DNA of 64,000 bases, taken from contig JAKMXF010000244.1 in NCBI GenBank assembly GCA_024704765.1, forward strand, positions 115,905 through 179,904, in the 5' to 3' direction. Positions 41,488 through 55,370 of this stretch are shown piece by piece. Both the position numbers and the translations under genes were made by a program. The stretch is from Oopsacas minuta (lineage: Eukaryota; Animalia; Porifera). Every line of letters begins with the position of its first letter. Within the stretch, counting starts at the first letter, position 1. The notes under the pieces are model-generated. The model did not search any database, was not told the DNA's origin, and saw only the letters and a list, made by a program, of their open reading frames with translations.

Positions 41488-43864
41488 CTAGAAATGGAAA
41501 TTTATAATGGGACAATAAAGTATACAAAAAACTGATTAGTCATAGGAAACAAAAAATATAAATATATATTAGGGAATTAAACCAGTACCAGCCATACATT
41601 CGATAAATGGAAACCTAAGTCACTTAGTTAAGATAACAAAATTTGAACGATCTAAATCGTGAAGTGTCTACTGCAGAAATAGAAAAATCACACAAGAAAC
41701 AATACAAGCAGTCCAACATTTCCATTAAAAGCCAACATATGCATATGCCTATGGGCAATATTGATGAAGGGTAGTCTGAAATGAAAAACGAAATTTCCCA
41801 GATAGATACAATAGTGGTATAAAGGTTAGCTATATTTGGCACCATATACATCATTCGCTTGTAAGACTCAAGGATCTAATATTTACTAGGCAAAATTCTC
41901 AGAGCTAGAATAGAACCCTGGAAATAGTTCATGTAATTTACAACTAGAGCTCAGCAAATCAAAATAATTCTAATCATTTTTGTGGGAGCAAGAGAAGACA
42001 TATGGGAAAAGCGGATTGAGAATCTTCGAAAAATTATGGATCTGACATACAAGCTGATAGTAATGTGGCCTGGTGAGATGATTTAGTGTCATTAATTTGT
42101 ATAAGTTGAGTTTTTCAATAACAATTGAGGGTATATCAGGAGTAGTGGAAAAACGAGAAAAATTTCATTGCAATTAGAATTTCTTCAATAAGCCATTCAG
42201 GCGAATTGGAAAAGTTCAAAATTAGAGATCTACTTGTAACTATAATTATATTCAGCTAGAGCATCCTTGACTTTTCTACAACAGAAATCAACAAAGATAA
42301 GCCAGTACCAATACGATTATCATTAACTAATGTTCCCTTGGTAACTCAATAAATAATATGCGAGTATTCTACAAATTATGGAATGAAGAATTTGATATGT
42401 ATATCTAACATTGTTTATGATGTGTTTCTTGAGTCGTGGTACCTTATTGGTGAAGCGTATCTTGAGGGTTGTGAGTCTTGTTTTAGTCTCAATGCTGCCA
42501 TTAATGATCAGAACAGAGACCAACGCAAAAACAGATAACAATAAATAGAGTAGATGTAGTAGAAACAAGGAGTTCAAACATATTCCTGCAGAGCATGAGG
42601 ATACAGTCAAGAGTTTGACCTGTCATGACCAACTTGAACTGAATTTCAGGTCATTCTCAGGTCATTTTCAGGTCGGAAAAGAATGCACAGAATACACCAT
42701 TCGTTAGAAATACATGAACGAATATTCGTTCGTTTGAAACATATATTCCTTGAATGTTTGCCGGAATATTATATATTTCGTAGTATTTAACAAAGTACAC
42801 TAATATTATGTGAACATTAATGCATTTCTCATAATATTCGAATATTCGATGGTTGGGAAAATTTTTCATTAAGGTTTCGAATATTCATTTCAGTCCGAAT
42901 TTCAGTGTTTTACAGGTCATTTTAATTGTATCTCAGGTCAATTAATGGCCATTCCCATAACAGTTCTGAATAATTCTACAGTCGATTGAACAAGTAAATG
43001 GTATGAAAATGACCAAAAAGTGCCAAAAAATACGACTAATTATACGGATATGTACTTGAGCTAGAGCTTGACGTATTTACTCGTAGGTAGAACATATTCA
43101 ACAAAATTTCCTCGTAAAGCATTTTGTGTCTTCAAACATTAATAGATTATCCCAATAGTCAGTTAAGGAACTAGCCACCCACTATTTAGTTTAAGAAATG
43201 TCATTTAGAATAAGCAAGATGATTTCTGAAAGGTTTGAGGTGATTTTTCTAGAATAATATTTGCGAGAATTGATATCAAAGTTTGAAATTGTATTACAAA
43301 ACTCAACAGAGAATTTATCGAATTTACATGGCTTATTGTGGGTGATGTTTGAGTATTTCAAGATAATATCGATATTCTTAGATAATTCCAGATCTAAACT
43401 CACCAAGACCATTAAATTATTTGAAACTCATTTTCGACATAGCCTAGCAATCATGAGTTTACCATGACTATATTTATTTATGTGTATATAATTCTTTCCC
43501 TCCACCTCATTCCAGAGTGAAAATTTGAAGCCTCTAACTCCGTTAGTTGTTAACAATTAGAAATGAGAATAATAGACATTAACGTCCATATAACCCAGCA
43601 TCCCTCGAGGAGTTCAGAATCAAATTCTACCACTATTTAGTGGGTAAATTTATTGGAAGGCTAATCATAAACTTTATCCAAAAAATGACTTAAAATATAA
43701 TAGTAAAAAACTAAACACATTGTGTAAAGGACCACAACTCCTCTTTTGAATGATACTTCGATAAATTCTAAAGAGTAAGGTGACCTTATTGTGATTGAAA
43801 TTACCCTAGTCGAAAAATGATGGTAAATTGATTTATCCATAGGAAAGCAATATACAAAAGCTAC

Positions 43865-44295
43865 CTTTTAAGTGAGAGATAAACGTCAAATACAATTGGC
43901 AGCAAGGCTGATTTATGTTGTAAAAAGATAGGATCACACAAAGTTTCTGAAGGTTCAAGTGATATATTTCCTTTTATGTTTGGACAATTTGATGATTGTT
44001 TATCAAAATCTGAATTTTCTTCATTGTTAGGAGTCACAAGGCCATTGATTAGAGATTTTGGACACATTAACTGATAAAGTAGAGTAGAAAGCATATTTAT
44101 TGTATAACCAAGAGATACATCAACGGTGATTGTGGTATCTTCAAGAAATGTGATTTTATTCACTTCAGAAAATATTAAGTTTCCCAAAATCAAAAACGTT
44201 CCACGGGAAGATAGATAACTACGCCAGTGCTCATCTGCAAATATATTGAGAATTAAATCGAGATATTCATGTGCACATTCACCAAGATGAGGAAC
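43865..44295 (-). CDS. UBR4: UBR4 coding exon
   Basis: VPHLGECAHEYLDL...HWRSYLSSRGTFLILGNLIFSEV...DVSLGYTINMLSTLL...KSALLPIVFDVYLSLK(R) versus UBR4 AGECAAEYLAL...HWKVYLAARG...GNLITKE...DLQQGYALKSL. Acceptor tttttag, donor gtagct, 431 nt (phase 0 to 2). Confidence 0.93.
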
Positions 44296-44465
44296 CTAAA
44301 AAACATGTAGAGATAAATTACTATATTTAATGACATCTAATATGAGAGTTGCTCATGGCGGAGATTAGAAACAATTTTGGGTGGCCACCCTGGATCTGAG
44401 TGCTCACCCAGATTAATAAATCGAGGAAAGAAAATTTATCGATGATTCATGATTGTTTTCGATTA

Positions 44466-45778
44466 CAGGGTTGGGCATAAGTTCTGCCACATTTTTAAAT
44501 AACTATATTTTCCGATTGATATATTGTATTATGTTGAAATTCGGTATGTACTACTAAATATAGTATATAGATTCGCAGATACGTTAATTATTCGATGTAT
44601 CCTCCTTTTCTTTCAATTACAGCCTTTAGTCTCTTAGGGAAGGCCTCTACAGCGGCACGGAGTATTTCTTGGGGTATTCTCTCCCATTCTCGACACAAAG
44701 ACTTTTTCAGAGAGTCTATATTGGTGTGAGACTTCAAACATGCCCTCGTTTCCAAAATGGAGCAGATAGAATAATCCATTGGATTTAAATCGGGGCTGTA
44801 TGGTGGCCATTCTTCCTTTTGAATAAAATCTGGATTATTGCTTCGAAGCCAGGCCTGAGTGGCATTCGATGTGTGGGCTGGAGCACCATCTTGTTGGAAC
44901 ACGAAAGGTTTCCCAGAAAACATAGTTTTAGAGAGATCTTGTATTACAGGTTCTAAAATAAGCTCACGGTAGGTTCGGGTGTCGATTTTTACGCCAGCAG
45001 GCACGAATATGAGTGGTGTCCGGCCAATTGATGATATTCCCGCCCAAACCATGACTGAAAGTGGCTTTTGTATACGGCTGACATATCGAAGTTCTTCTGG
45101 GATAGAAGAAATTGAGGATGAGATAATGCGATCATTTTGAGGGTTCGTTGCTTCCTCAATGGTGAATAATTTCTCATCTGAGAACAGGAATGAATTGAGA
45201 CCTTGGATCGCGTGCCTCTTAAGAAGTCCCTTGCTTCTCGATGCTCTTTTTTCCTTCACTAGGGTCGTGATGTGATGGACTCTCTTTCTCTTGAAAGAGC
45301 GCATATGCAAGTCATTTTTAACAACTCGTCCGATTGATCTACGTGAAACTCTTAGTTCTTTGGCCATTTTGCTCATTGACCGGCGGGGATTTCGGCGAAT
45401 TCGTTGACGTACTACTTTTTTAAGCCTTTGTGTCGTTACAGACCGTGGACGGCCAGATCTTGGTTTATCAGTAATCCCGCCAGTCACTTCATATCGCTCA
45501 ATAGTTCGAGTAATGAACTTCCTTCTGCTATTAGGGAATTTCAGAAGATTGAAGATTTCTGAAGGATTTTTTCCTGCTTGAAATAATTCAATGATTTTCG
45601 ACCTCTCTTGCTCCATGACCAATTATCGCTTCAAAAGGCTAAGATAATATAAAATTTCAGGGAAAGAGTGAAAACTATATATTATAACAAAGTTTGAGCT
45701 AAATGACAGATACAAATAACTAATGGAATAATTTTTGGCTGGATTATAATATTGTGGCAGAACTTATGCCCAACCCTG
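44466..45778 (-). mobile_element. Intact maT (DD37D, Bmmar1-like) Tc1/mariner element, 1313 bp
   Basis: Perfect 25-bp TIRs cagggttgggcataagttctgccac, flanked by TA on both sides, enclosing an uninterrupted ORF. Confidence 0.96.
44588..45622 (-). CDS. DD37D transposase, 344 aa, uninterrupted
   Basis: HTH with RSGRPRS, FSDEKLF, FQQDGAPAH and WPPYSPDLNPMD. I counted 37 residues between the second and third Asp. Confidence 0.93.
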   Translation of the reverse strand: MVMEQERSKIIELFQAGKNPSEIFNLLKFPNSRRKFITRTIERYEVTGGITDKPRSGRPRSVTTQRLKKVVRQRIRRNPRRSMSKMAKELRVSRRSIGRVVKNDLHMRSFKRKRVHHITTLVKEKRASRSKGLLKRHAIQGLNSFLFSDEKLFTIEEATNPQNDRIISSSISSIPEELRYVSRIQKPLSVMVWAGISSIGRTPLIFVPAGVKIDTRTYRELILEPVIQDLSKTMFSGKPFVFQQDGAPAHTSNATQAWLRSNNPDFIQKEEWPPYSPDLNPMDYSICSILETRACLKSHTNIDSLKKSLCREWERIPQEILRAAVEAFPKRLKAVIERKGGYIE

Positions 45779-47539
45779 TATTCAAATGAATGTATTTTGA
45801 TCTACTCAAAGTTATACTAAATATCGTCAAAAATAAAATGGGTAACAATCAAGTCATAATTTTGTCATAGATGGGAATATTCTACCGAGACAGGACCTGG
45901 TCAAATAGTCAATATCAACCGTCCAAATATTGGTAATTGACTCCGCTTTATCGGAGCTAACTGTCTGGCCCAGATATATACAATTAGGAGGAGTCAATTG
46001 GTACCTTTCTCCAAGTACCATATACAAAAATAAATATTCAACTCCCTAAACTTTTCCCTCAGAAAGAATGAAATCAACAATCATTGACATATTTTGTCCC
46101 AAACATGTTAGATATTTCTGACACAAATTTCTGCTATGGATCCATGTGTTCAATTGGATCAGATTGACATTTCAGAGTACACCTCACACTTACTGCCCAC
46201 GGGGTAATGATTCTCTAGTTACGCTAAAGCTATCAGCTATTATCAGGGGTAAGTAAGCTACGAGCAGCAAGCATATACCGCCGAAATATATACTGGTAGC
46301 AGTGGAGGTTTTTGGGAGGGGGATATATCAATTTGTTCGTGGTAACTAAATACTCAGTAGTGTGATATGTCAAATACAAATTTCGAAATCCAAAGATTAA
46401 ATGCGGCAAATCAAGATTTTCCATGTAGCGTATTAATGTAGTTTTACCATGCATAAAGTCATAAGCCAAAACTATGTAAAACTTCCAAATGTTACAACCT
46501 AAAAGTGCCCGGTTTGAAACATTTTGAAGATATGAAATACTATCAACTGATTCAGTATAAATACAAACATTTTTATTTTGATATTAATAATCAGTGAAAG
46601 ATTTCCCGTAGTTCGAGGGGACAATTGAATATATTTAAGACTATATATCCCTAGCAAAGGAGGAATACGCCACTAATGTACGAATTCAATCAGGGATATA
46701 TACTAGAATTTTGGTAAATCCAAATTGCAATTTTAACACGTGAATATCAAGATAGCCTCAAAACCTTTGCAAAATTGATCATTAGTCCCCCATTTCCTTG
46801 GTTATCATGTAAATTGTTTTGGATACCTCGGATAAATAAGAAAATGAAATTCTTGTCAAATTGGTTCATCAAACTCATACATAGGACAAGAATACATCAG
46901 ACAGAGATATATATATACAAAAAGATCTAAGCTAGTAATGAAAAAGGTAAGTATAGGACAGTACGGGAGCCAATATATGGATTTTCTAAACAGATAATGT
47001 CTGATAAATACTAAAAATATGCAACAAATGCATTGTAAGTATTCAGAATAGCTCAAACTAAATATGAATCACTAAAAAGATTAAAATACAATAATAGATA
47101 CATATACTATATACAGCAGAGTATTCATAGGTTGTTATTATTAAGGTAATATTAAAAATGTGTAATACAAAAAGACCAGGTTTGAATCACCAAATTTAAT
47201 GAATATCCGATGAAAATTCGAAAATCATTAAATTATAATCAAATCAGGATAGCCCAGATAAATGCTCACTTAAAATATATCTTACTTCATACGTTATCTT
47301 TGAAGTTCCAGCTGCATATACGATAAAGAGTATCACAATTCATGCAAGAATGACATATTCAATCGAATAAATGCTATCTGGACACATAATTCGCCACTTA
47401 CCTGAGAAATTTGATAATATATTTGACAAGTATTTTCTACAAATCTGTAATACATTCATTCGGGCAAAATAGGCTGTTTCTGTAATATCATTGTAATCCT
47501 GTATATTAGTCAGCCTGTTCAAAATTCCATAGTCATAAT

Positions 47540-47723
47540 AAGGGTTTCATCCAGACGTATGCGACGCGCCTACAGGCGAATGAATTTCAACGAATATAGA
47601 TCAGGTAGCGTCAAATTTCGAGAAAGACCTTATATCGTAATTCTATATGTTTACTCTTGGCGCGTGTAAAATGAGTGGAAAAATCTTTTGGCGTATGGCT
47701 CAGAAATGCTGGATGAAACCCTG
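47540..47723. mobile_element. Short hAT-type MITE, 184 bp
   Basis: TIRs aagggtttcatccag / ctggatgaaaccctg; flanks gtcataat / gtcacact (6 of 8 match). Confidence 0.7.
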
Positions 47724-48431
47724 GTCACACTAATACATGTGTAATAACAGCCTCCAAAATACTATAATTTCCATTTCGAAATTTATTCATTGCATTTGAT
47801 TGATGATGATATTCATTAGTTCATAAATATATCAAAAGGTAAAATGCCCCACACCTAGGGGGACATTTCCATCAATTCCCCAATAACTCCCCATCAATAT
47901 CCCAGACTGGGGGACCTAAGGACAACCATTGGTAAGTATAATAATGATAGAAATATTTTCAAATAAGGATAGCTAGTTTGCAGTGAATATTAGATTTCCC
48001 ATACACTTAAAATTGGATATGATATGATTTATATGAAGCTCGTCGTGTAATCTGAGAAATAACAATATACTGGTATGTTCAGCACTACGTCACCTTGGTG
48101 AGAGTAATCATCTCAAAAGTTATTTAAAGATAATGGAAATAGGGTATTTTCTGCAAATTAGCCAATATGACATAATAATATTCCTTAAGGTCTACTGGAT
48201 ATATTAGGATATTTCTACAGGCGTTCAATAAGTAGTCGTTATCACATTGTAATGCTAAATTTTTCTAGCATAATTGTGTAGTCAGTGATGGAGTTTCTCA
48301 AAGTATTCCCCTTTGGAGCTGTAAAACCAATTTCAGCCTTTTATCCAATCGAAAAATACTCTTTTGTAGTCTTCGGTTGGTGGTACATTAGCCGAACTGA
48401 TCACATATCAGAGTTCATTTAACAAAACAGT

Positions 48432-48459
48432 ACCATGGCCTTATATTACATAGGTCATG
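48432..48459. mobile_element. Solo terminus of the P-element family seen at 11134-14467
   Basis: ggccttatattacataggtcatg matches that element's TIR (ggccttatattacataggtcacg) with one mismatch. No partner end found. Confidence 0.6.
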
Positions 48460-50029
48460 CAGTCATCTAATAGTAGGTACTTTATTGGAACGACCAACTA
48501 AGGCAAATATCATAATTACTACCAGAGGGGTGCTAGATATTTGTTGCAGTTTGATATGATATAAGCGTGTCACTAACTTGAAATTTGGCAACTAGATGAA
48601 TCTACATAGTTTAACAAACATTTCAATAATAGAGGAGCCAGCTGAAATGCTATGCATTTTCTGAGCTATCACTACATTACAAATTTCTTGGTATAGTTAT
48701 TCTCAATATATCTAAAATAAATGCAATAGTCATTATAGTGACTTTAAACATGAAAAATCAACTACAAATGAGAAAATAGAAATGCATCAAATGAATGATA
48801 ATTAAAGCGAAAATTTCCCATAAAGGCATATGTAAAAGCAAATTTGACCACATTTTGTCTATCTGCATCTTTGTACATACCGATGGATATTTGCAAATAT
48901 TGAACATCTTGTGTAAAATTCCATAAGGTTTGCAAATGTTTCATGTTTCCGATAATATAGGATATAAATATTCATTAGACCCCAATCTAATCGTATAATA
49001 TAAAAATCTCATATTACAAACTGTACTACCCAATTATCGCTAATTCATGGCAGTGGATTATTGAAATTAAGGTATTTACTAAGAACTACATTTTCGCAAA
49101 GAAAACATAAATCGTATGAAAGTAATCGTGTAAAAATTTGAAATTGGTGAATACATATTTACAACAAAAGTCCTAACTGTTTTAATTCAATCGCTAAAAC
49201 TCATTATCTTTAAAAGCCAAATGTGCGCAATGGATGATTAATCCAAGAGTTAAGGAATTCTATTCTTTGGAAAAATAACTCCTTCTTACAAGCAGATTGT
49301 CTATAAAACGTATTTCAACAGGTGATGTGTTGAGTTACCACAAAAGATTGCATCCTAAGAAACTTTGAAGTGTAAAAATTGTCAGCACGTCTGCTGATTG
49401 ATGTAGAGAACTCTTTCTCTACCTGCAATTTAATAATAATAGACAAGAGATACAATTTGACCCCTATCCATTTAGAGCAAATATTAAGAAAATAATGTTA
49501 CGAAAATTCTTCACCCGAGTAGTTAACTCATACTTACCATTTTGTTATAGTCGCAACAAGGTTAAGCAAAAGGCATAGAAAGTTTGCTAAAGTCGAACAA
49601 CGTTGGACCAAAGGCAGAGTAAAATCTCTTTTAGTTCAGAGTTAATAGTATTTCGTGATACTTTCATGTATAATTACATATCTTTTGTGGATATAAATCC
49701 GTCTCAATAATGATGCATCCCTACGAAAGTAAGGATATATTATCATTAAGTCGATGGAATCTCAGTTCAATGATTTGTATTTGATATCTCCTAAAGATAG
49801 TATATAGAGTGTTTCAAGTTGCGAAAATTTGCACTGGAAAATCATGGTTAGTAAGAACTGAGTAAAGCACCAACAAATACATTCAAATTTCACATAGATC
49901 ACTAAAATAGCTGAATTATGCATTTTTCACTGAATGTTACACATAGATAATACATTGTTATAAGCAATAGCCAAAATCTAGCTGTAAATGTAAATATGAG
50001 ACATAAGGAATAAAGATTTGTGAACAGAC

Positions 50030-50262
50030 CTCATCAAGATAGAATAATAGAACATCTATGAACAATTTTTGTCTCTTTCGATCCTTTATCATAGTATTCA
50101 AAAGTGTAGATGCAGTACTACGTGACTGTTGCGATGATGGATGAAATAATATCTTTTTTAACCAAGCATTTTTGGATAGAGTGACAACATGAAAATCAGT
50201 TTCACAATGTCTCCAAAACTCGAAACTCATGTTATTATTTCCAGTTAGCCATTCTTTGAGCT
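50030..50262 (-). CDS. UBR4: UBR4 coding exon
   Basis: (E)LKEWLTGNNNMSFEFWRHC...NAWLKKILFHPSSQQSRSTASTLL...DVLLFYLDE versus UBR4 LWLKRDPKASYDAWKKC...NNWLRQVLFTPATQAARQAAC...DLLTSYLDE. Acceptor ctgtttag, donor gtctgt, 233 nt (phase 1 to 0). Confidence 0.92.
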
Positions 50263-53200
50263 CTAAACAGAAAAATATCATATAATACTCCTGAGAAATG
50301 CGTTAGTAGAATCACAGTGATGGGCTAGCTATTACTTAAGTTGTTCAATAAGACTTTCAATGAGGATGTAATATGCATAATACGTATTATATGTTGAATA
50401 TACAATTTTGGTGAGGTAGTTTATTATGCTGATTTCTGCAATAAATATTTTGCATTGAAACAGTTGTTCTCGAATTGTTACCAGAAATCTGTGCTTAATT
50501 GACCAAGATATGTAATACTTGAGTAGATGAACATTTTGACAAGTTTAACAATTTAAAAGTCTCTTTTCTCGAGATTAACAGAGAGGTATAATAGGTACGA
50601 ATATATAACGAACAATATGGTATACATTTAAGTCATATCATAAGTACGTTATAAACGTATTATACAACTTAGGCTATGATTATTAGATTAGTCTACTAAA
50701 CTAGATTAGAAAATTTGGAAATCAATTTTTGGAGAAAGGAAGAGAAATGTACAAGAAGGGCTGTGAAAGAAAGTCTGGGGCCCTTAGTCCATAGCATTGA
50801 TAAGAACCTTTCGAATGTCGCAAATAATTGATGTATATGTAGACTTCATAATAAAATAATATTATAAAATTCTAAATACAGTCTCAAAATTTAATCGAAA
50901 AAGGATGGATTACGAATAAAACATTTCAAGACGACCCTTTATTTGAAGGTATATCACGGGACGCCGGACGATCCTCCAGGCGGATAAAGTAACAATTTTA
51001 GGTAGGTGAATATTGATTATCTTTCTATAACCAAACATCTATCAAGTGATTTAGGAGAATAAAATTCAGAATAATAGGGCGAGATCCTGTTCGGAAATAC
51101 CTATCCCCCAATTGAATTGTAATATATTAAATAATAGGGAAATGATGCAAAAGTATTGAATTGTGATCCAATACTGTTACTATTCAAATACTGAGCTAGT
51201 GTCAGAAGTCCAGCTATCATAAAGATATAGAAATTGACTCCAGTAGTATAGAAGCCACAGATTTTGCTTAAATAATCTAGATTTCTTGAAATGCAGGTTT
51301 GATTGTGACTTGATTGGTAACTGGGTTACATGCTAAAGAAATATCCCGAAATGCAAAAGAACAAACTATAAGGAGGTGGGTTTTAAATTGTGTTGTCACG
51401 CAAAGTTTAGATCAACATGTAGGTCGAAAGTTACATAATATATGTATTGAAAGAATATACACAGAGCTGAGCTATAGTTGAACACAATTTCGTCCATGTT
51501 AGTGGAGAGTATAATGCAATTTAAAATATGATGGTCTATGTTTTTGTTGTCTGTTTATTGTTTTTGGGACTTTGGTTTTGATCAATTAATCTTACTTCAT
51601 AATTGTGTTAGTGTTTTTCAAACGATTTAATTGGGACTCTAGTTTGTATATGGCATTCCAAAGATGTTGATCATTGTGTTTCATTGGCGATGTTGTCAAG
51701 ATCATTGTTTAATAACATGCAGCCTTTGATTCGAATCTCATCCCAGCTTTTAACTCTTAGACTGTAGTTTACCAGAAATTGAATAACTTAACTTAATTCT
51801 TCAAATTTTCCGTTATTTCAATATACGTAACAGTAACATAGGCAAAACTGGGCTCAAGTAGAGCTGAGTTCTATATATTATCTGATATGTGTTGATTAGA
51901 ATGAATTCGTCACAAACTACTGTAGTTGGAAAATATAAAAATAAACTGCTTTGAAGGAATTCAGTATTGTTGAATATCAACATTACAGAATACTATTGAG
52001 ATACCAGTAAGTCGTTTTGGATTCTACTCAAATTCGATATGACCGCATAGGGAACATATAAAGTAGCAAGCGAATTAAGTTTTAAAATAATAAAGGGGCA
52101 ACTGAGGTACTGTAGTGATAAAAATGCTACTAGTATCAAGTAGAAACTGGGTAAAAAGGTTACGAATTGTCTCAATGAATGGATTGCCAACAAAAATACT
52201 AGTTGATCAGTCCGTAAATTGCAGCTATATGACATATTTATATAAATCGTAGTTTACAAATAGATACTCGTGTGCAAAACAAATATTCCTTGTCTAGGAT
52301 ATAAAAGTGAAATATATGCTTCCATTACTATGGCCTAGTAGAGTATGAGCAGTAGATATTATATAGGTTTGTATGTTTAGAAAAATTGAAGAAGCTGGAA
52401 GACCCGCACTGTTGAGTTTGGGAATACGGCGTATTTGGACCTAGCTCGGACAAGTCAGTGTCTTGGACCAAAATTCAAGCCAATAGGGAAATTACAACGG
52501 AATTGTCAACTTTAAGGGCTCTCGAAAAATCACATTATCGCACACTACTCAAGCAGTATGCAAGGTAGATAGTTGACACCTTCCAAATCATGAATTTATA
52601 AAAACAGAATATTTCACTTGGACCTAGCGACCGATTAAATTATCGGTGGTGAGTAATTATTCAGTTCGATGAAATTTTGGTAGAACCAAATTTCGTTAAA
52701 CCATAATAGCCTCCGACCCAAGAATTTGCAAAAGTTTCTGCCAAGGAATTTTCATTAACGATTGTTCCGTGAAAATGAGTAGTACGTCCAGAATTTGATT
52801 GTAATCCCAGAAATTCGAGTGGCCAAATTCAACAAAGCTAGACTAATTATATGAATAAGCTGATAAAGATTTCAAAACCGTTGAGGCAATGATATGAAAA
52901 TCATCAATATCTCAGTGATAGCAAAACAAAATAAATCAAAATTTTGCATTTACAAATTTCGGATAAGTAGAAATATTGTTGTTCACATACATATAGCTTA
53001 AACAATATTTTGATATCTTAAAATATTCGTAGAAAACTCTCTCAAGATTATATATATGAACAGGTTCGCTGAGAAAATTATGGATCCTGATCAAGATGTT
53101 TTTCTGAAGCCCTTGGTCATTGAAAACATCGCACCCAAATATTTGATTACAGAAAAAACTAGTCTTATTAGAAAAAGTATGTTCCAATAAGAAAATCAGG

Positions 53201-55185
53201 TTAATATTTTAGGCTCCCTAAAATTATGTATCTCGGAATACATACTTCTTAGGAGCATAAAATATGCCCTAGATTTACTCGATGGGTGCACAGGGACCTC
53301 GCACGCCCCTTGTTTTATAGGAAATCTCGTTTGAAATTTATACGCTACTCAGCACCTAGGGCCTCTGATCGACTCGATAGAGGGTGAGTCATTGTTTGTC
53401 AACATGAATTTTGTACAGCAGCTAGCAATAACAAAATAGAGAATAACAGGATATTTCAATCAATCGGATGTAATTAACACATTTTTGTCTACGAATGTGT
53501 AAAATATCGGATTTAAGTGTATTAAAAATCAATTATTTTAATAAATTTTCTGTGCAGAAATTGTGTAAACATCCGGATTCTACTGTGTGTCTATTCAATT
53601 ATATTTTGCAGGCTTTGGATGGTGCTAACCAACTTCATAAGTTTCAGTATTTGTTAAACAATATAGAGATATTCAAATTATCGTCATATCAATCGATTTC
53701 CATAATTCAAGGAACGGAATGGAGAAGTTTTCCCGAAGAAATCCTTGAAATCAAGAAAAGGAATTGTAATTCATTAGTTTTGACATGTTACGTCTATGGT
53801 AATCATTTGTACAATAATGTAAAATAGAATTTGAAATTTACTGAATTCGAAATTCAATTTAAACTGAAAAAGTGATTATATATATATATTTAGACTAAAT
53901 TCACCATATGCATATTCGGGATATTATGAAAGTAATTCCGGCTAGAATGTACTCTCTCAAATTTTCGATCTCTTTTCTTTGACTAGAAGGACCTATATAT
54001 CCGTACGAAAGAGGGAACATATACCTGATAAATATTCGTGATTAAAATGAGGAAATGTGTTGATAAGGTATATTATGGTATGAAAAGAATTAGCTACAAA
54101 TAATAAAATTACTTCATACCAATGATAAAAGTCAAATCCAATGCGTCACAGCCGTCATCATAAAATATTCTGTAATAAACTAGACTAAATATACAACTAG
54201 CCTATTTATAAATTGCGGGTTGCGAACTCTAGTAAAGATGAAGAAGGATGAAGAAGTAGCAGACAATACGAATCAATAAACGTGCCCACTTTAATCATTG
54301 ATTTGGCCCAGTTTCTTCATAGTAGGGGAAAATACCTAGTATAATTCGAATGAGTAGCGTTAGTGAATCACGAAAATGTCATCAGAATTTCCAAATATGT
54401 GATGACATTGCATTAAGATTTGGAAATTTTCAAACTTGTCAACCATAATGTGTTATTTAGCGGCTTTTCATCATTATTTAGATATAATATTATTCTGGAT
54501 ACTATTGAGGGTTTGTGGATTAGGTTTCTAAATTTCGTAGAATATATTTCTTACTTTTGGAAATATATCTTTTGAAATTGTAACTGATTTTTCAAGTAGT
54601 TTGACATAATCCATAGACAAACTAAGTACCTAAATTTACAGTTCAGAATGCTACACTCTACTACAGAGTGCTCTTTATGGCTGCCTGTGTAATTACTTGC
54701 CGCAAGTATTCACTTTCATATACAAAGTTTAGTATAGCCCCAGTGGCATCGTGTGACTTTGAAGTCTGGGGGGAGGGGGCACAAAATCAATTTGGTGGAC
54801 AACATGCCCTAGATGAGAGTCAATGGGCGGAGTAAACAATTAGCAAGGCGCAGGAGGGTATATATGTTTGCCATTGGCCAATAAAGTTGACATTTTTCTG
54901 ATCCGTTGGAATTATTGTCCCAGTGGGAGCTCGGAGAATATTTGGGGGGCCCGGACCACCAGTTGCAAATAGCAGACATTACTGGACCTAAGCCATGATA
55001 TTTTGGTACCATAGGGATCCTAATATAATCCCAGCTGCTAATAAAATCGCAAATTGGCTCAAAATGTTAAATCAACCGCATATACTGTTTGTGTTCTTGA
55101 ACTATCTGGGTTCTATGGAATATCCATACTTTATTTAGATAATGCTATCATATGTTATATGGTAATATATTCGACTAATAATTTA

Positions 55186-55370
55186 CAGCGGAACTCAGAT
55201 AAGAGGTAATCAGCTTAAGTTAAGGCTTATATTTGGCTAGTACATACTTTTCCCACAAGGCGATCTTCGATTTTGTCCAATCGTATAGGGGAAATATACT
55301 GATATGACGTATTCGGTTAGTACGTTCTATTTTTGTTTCCTCGAGGGGTACGTCTTATCGAATTCCACTG
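55186..55370. mobile_element. Tigger/pogo-type MITE
   Basis: TA-flanked termini cagcggaactcagataag / cttatcgaattccactg. Confidence 0.55.

Noticed and set aside
42620-42960. Repeated aggtca (nuclear receptor half-sites)
   Set aside because: They occur with cgaatattc repeats in a pattern typical of TE subterminal repeats; there is no independent regulatory evidence.
43191-43467. Overlapping ORFs suggesting a nested gene
   Set aside because: The minus frame (NIDIILK...NLSEIILL) looks like a decayed hAT dimerisation region, and the plus ORF has no usable acceptor.
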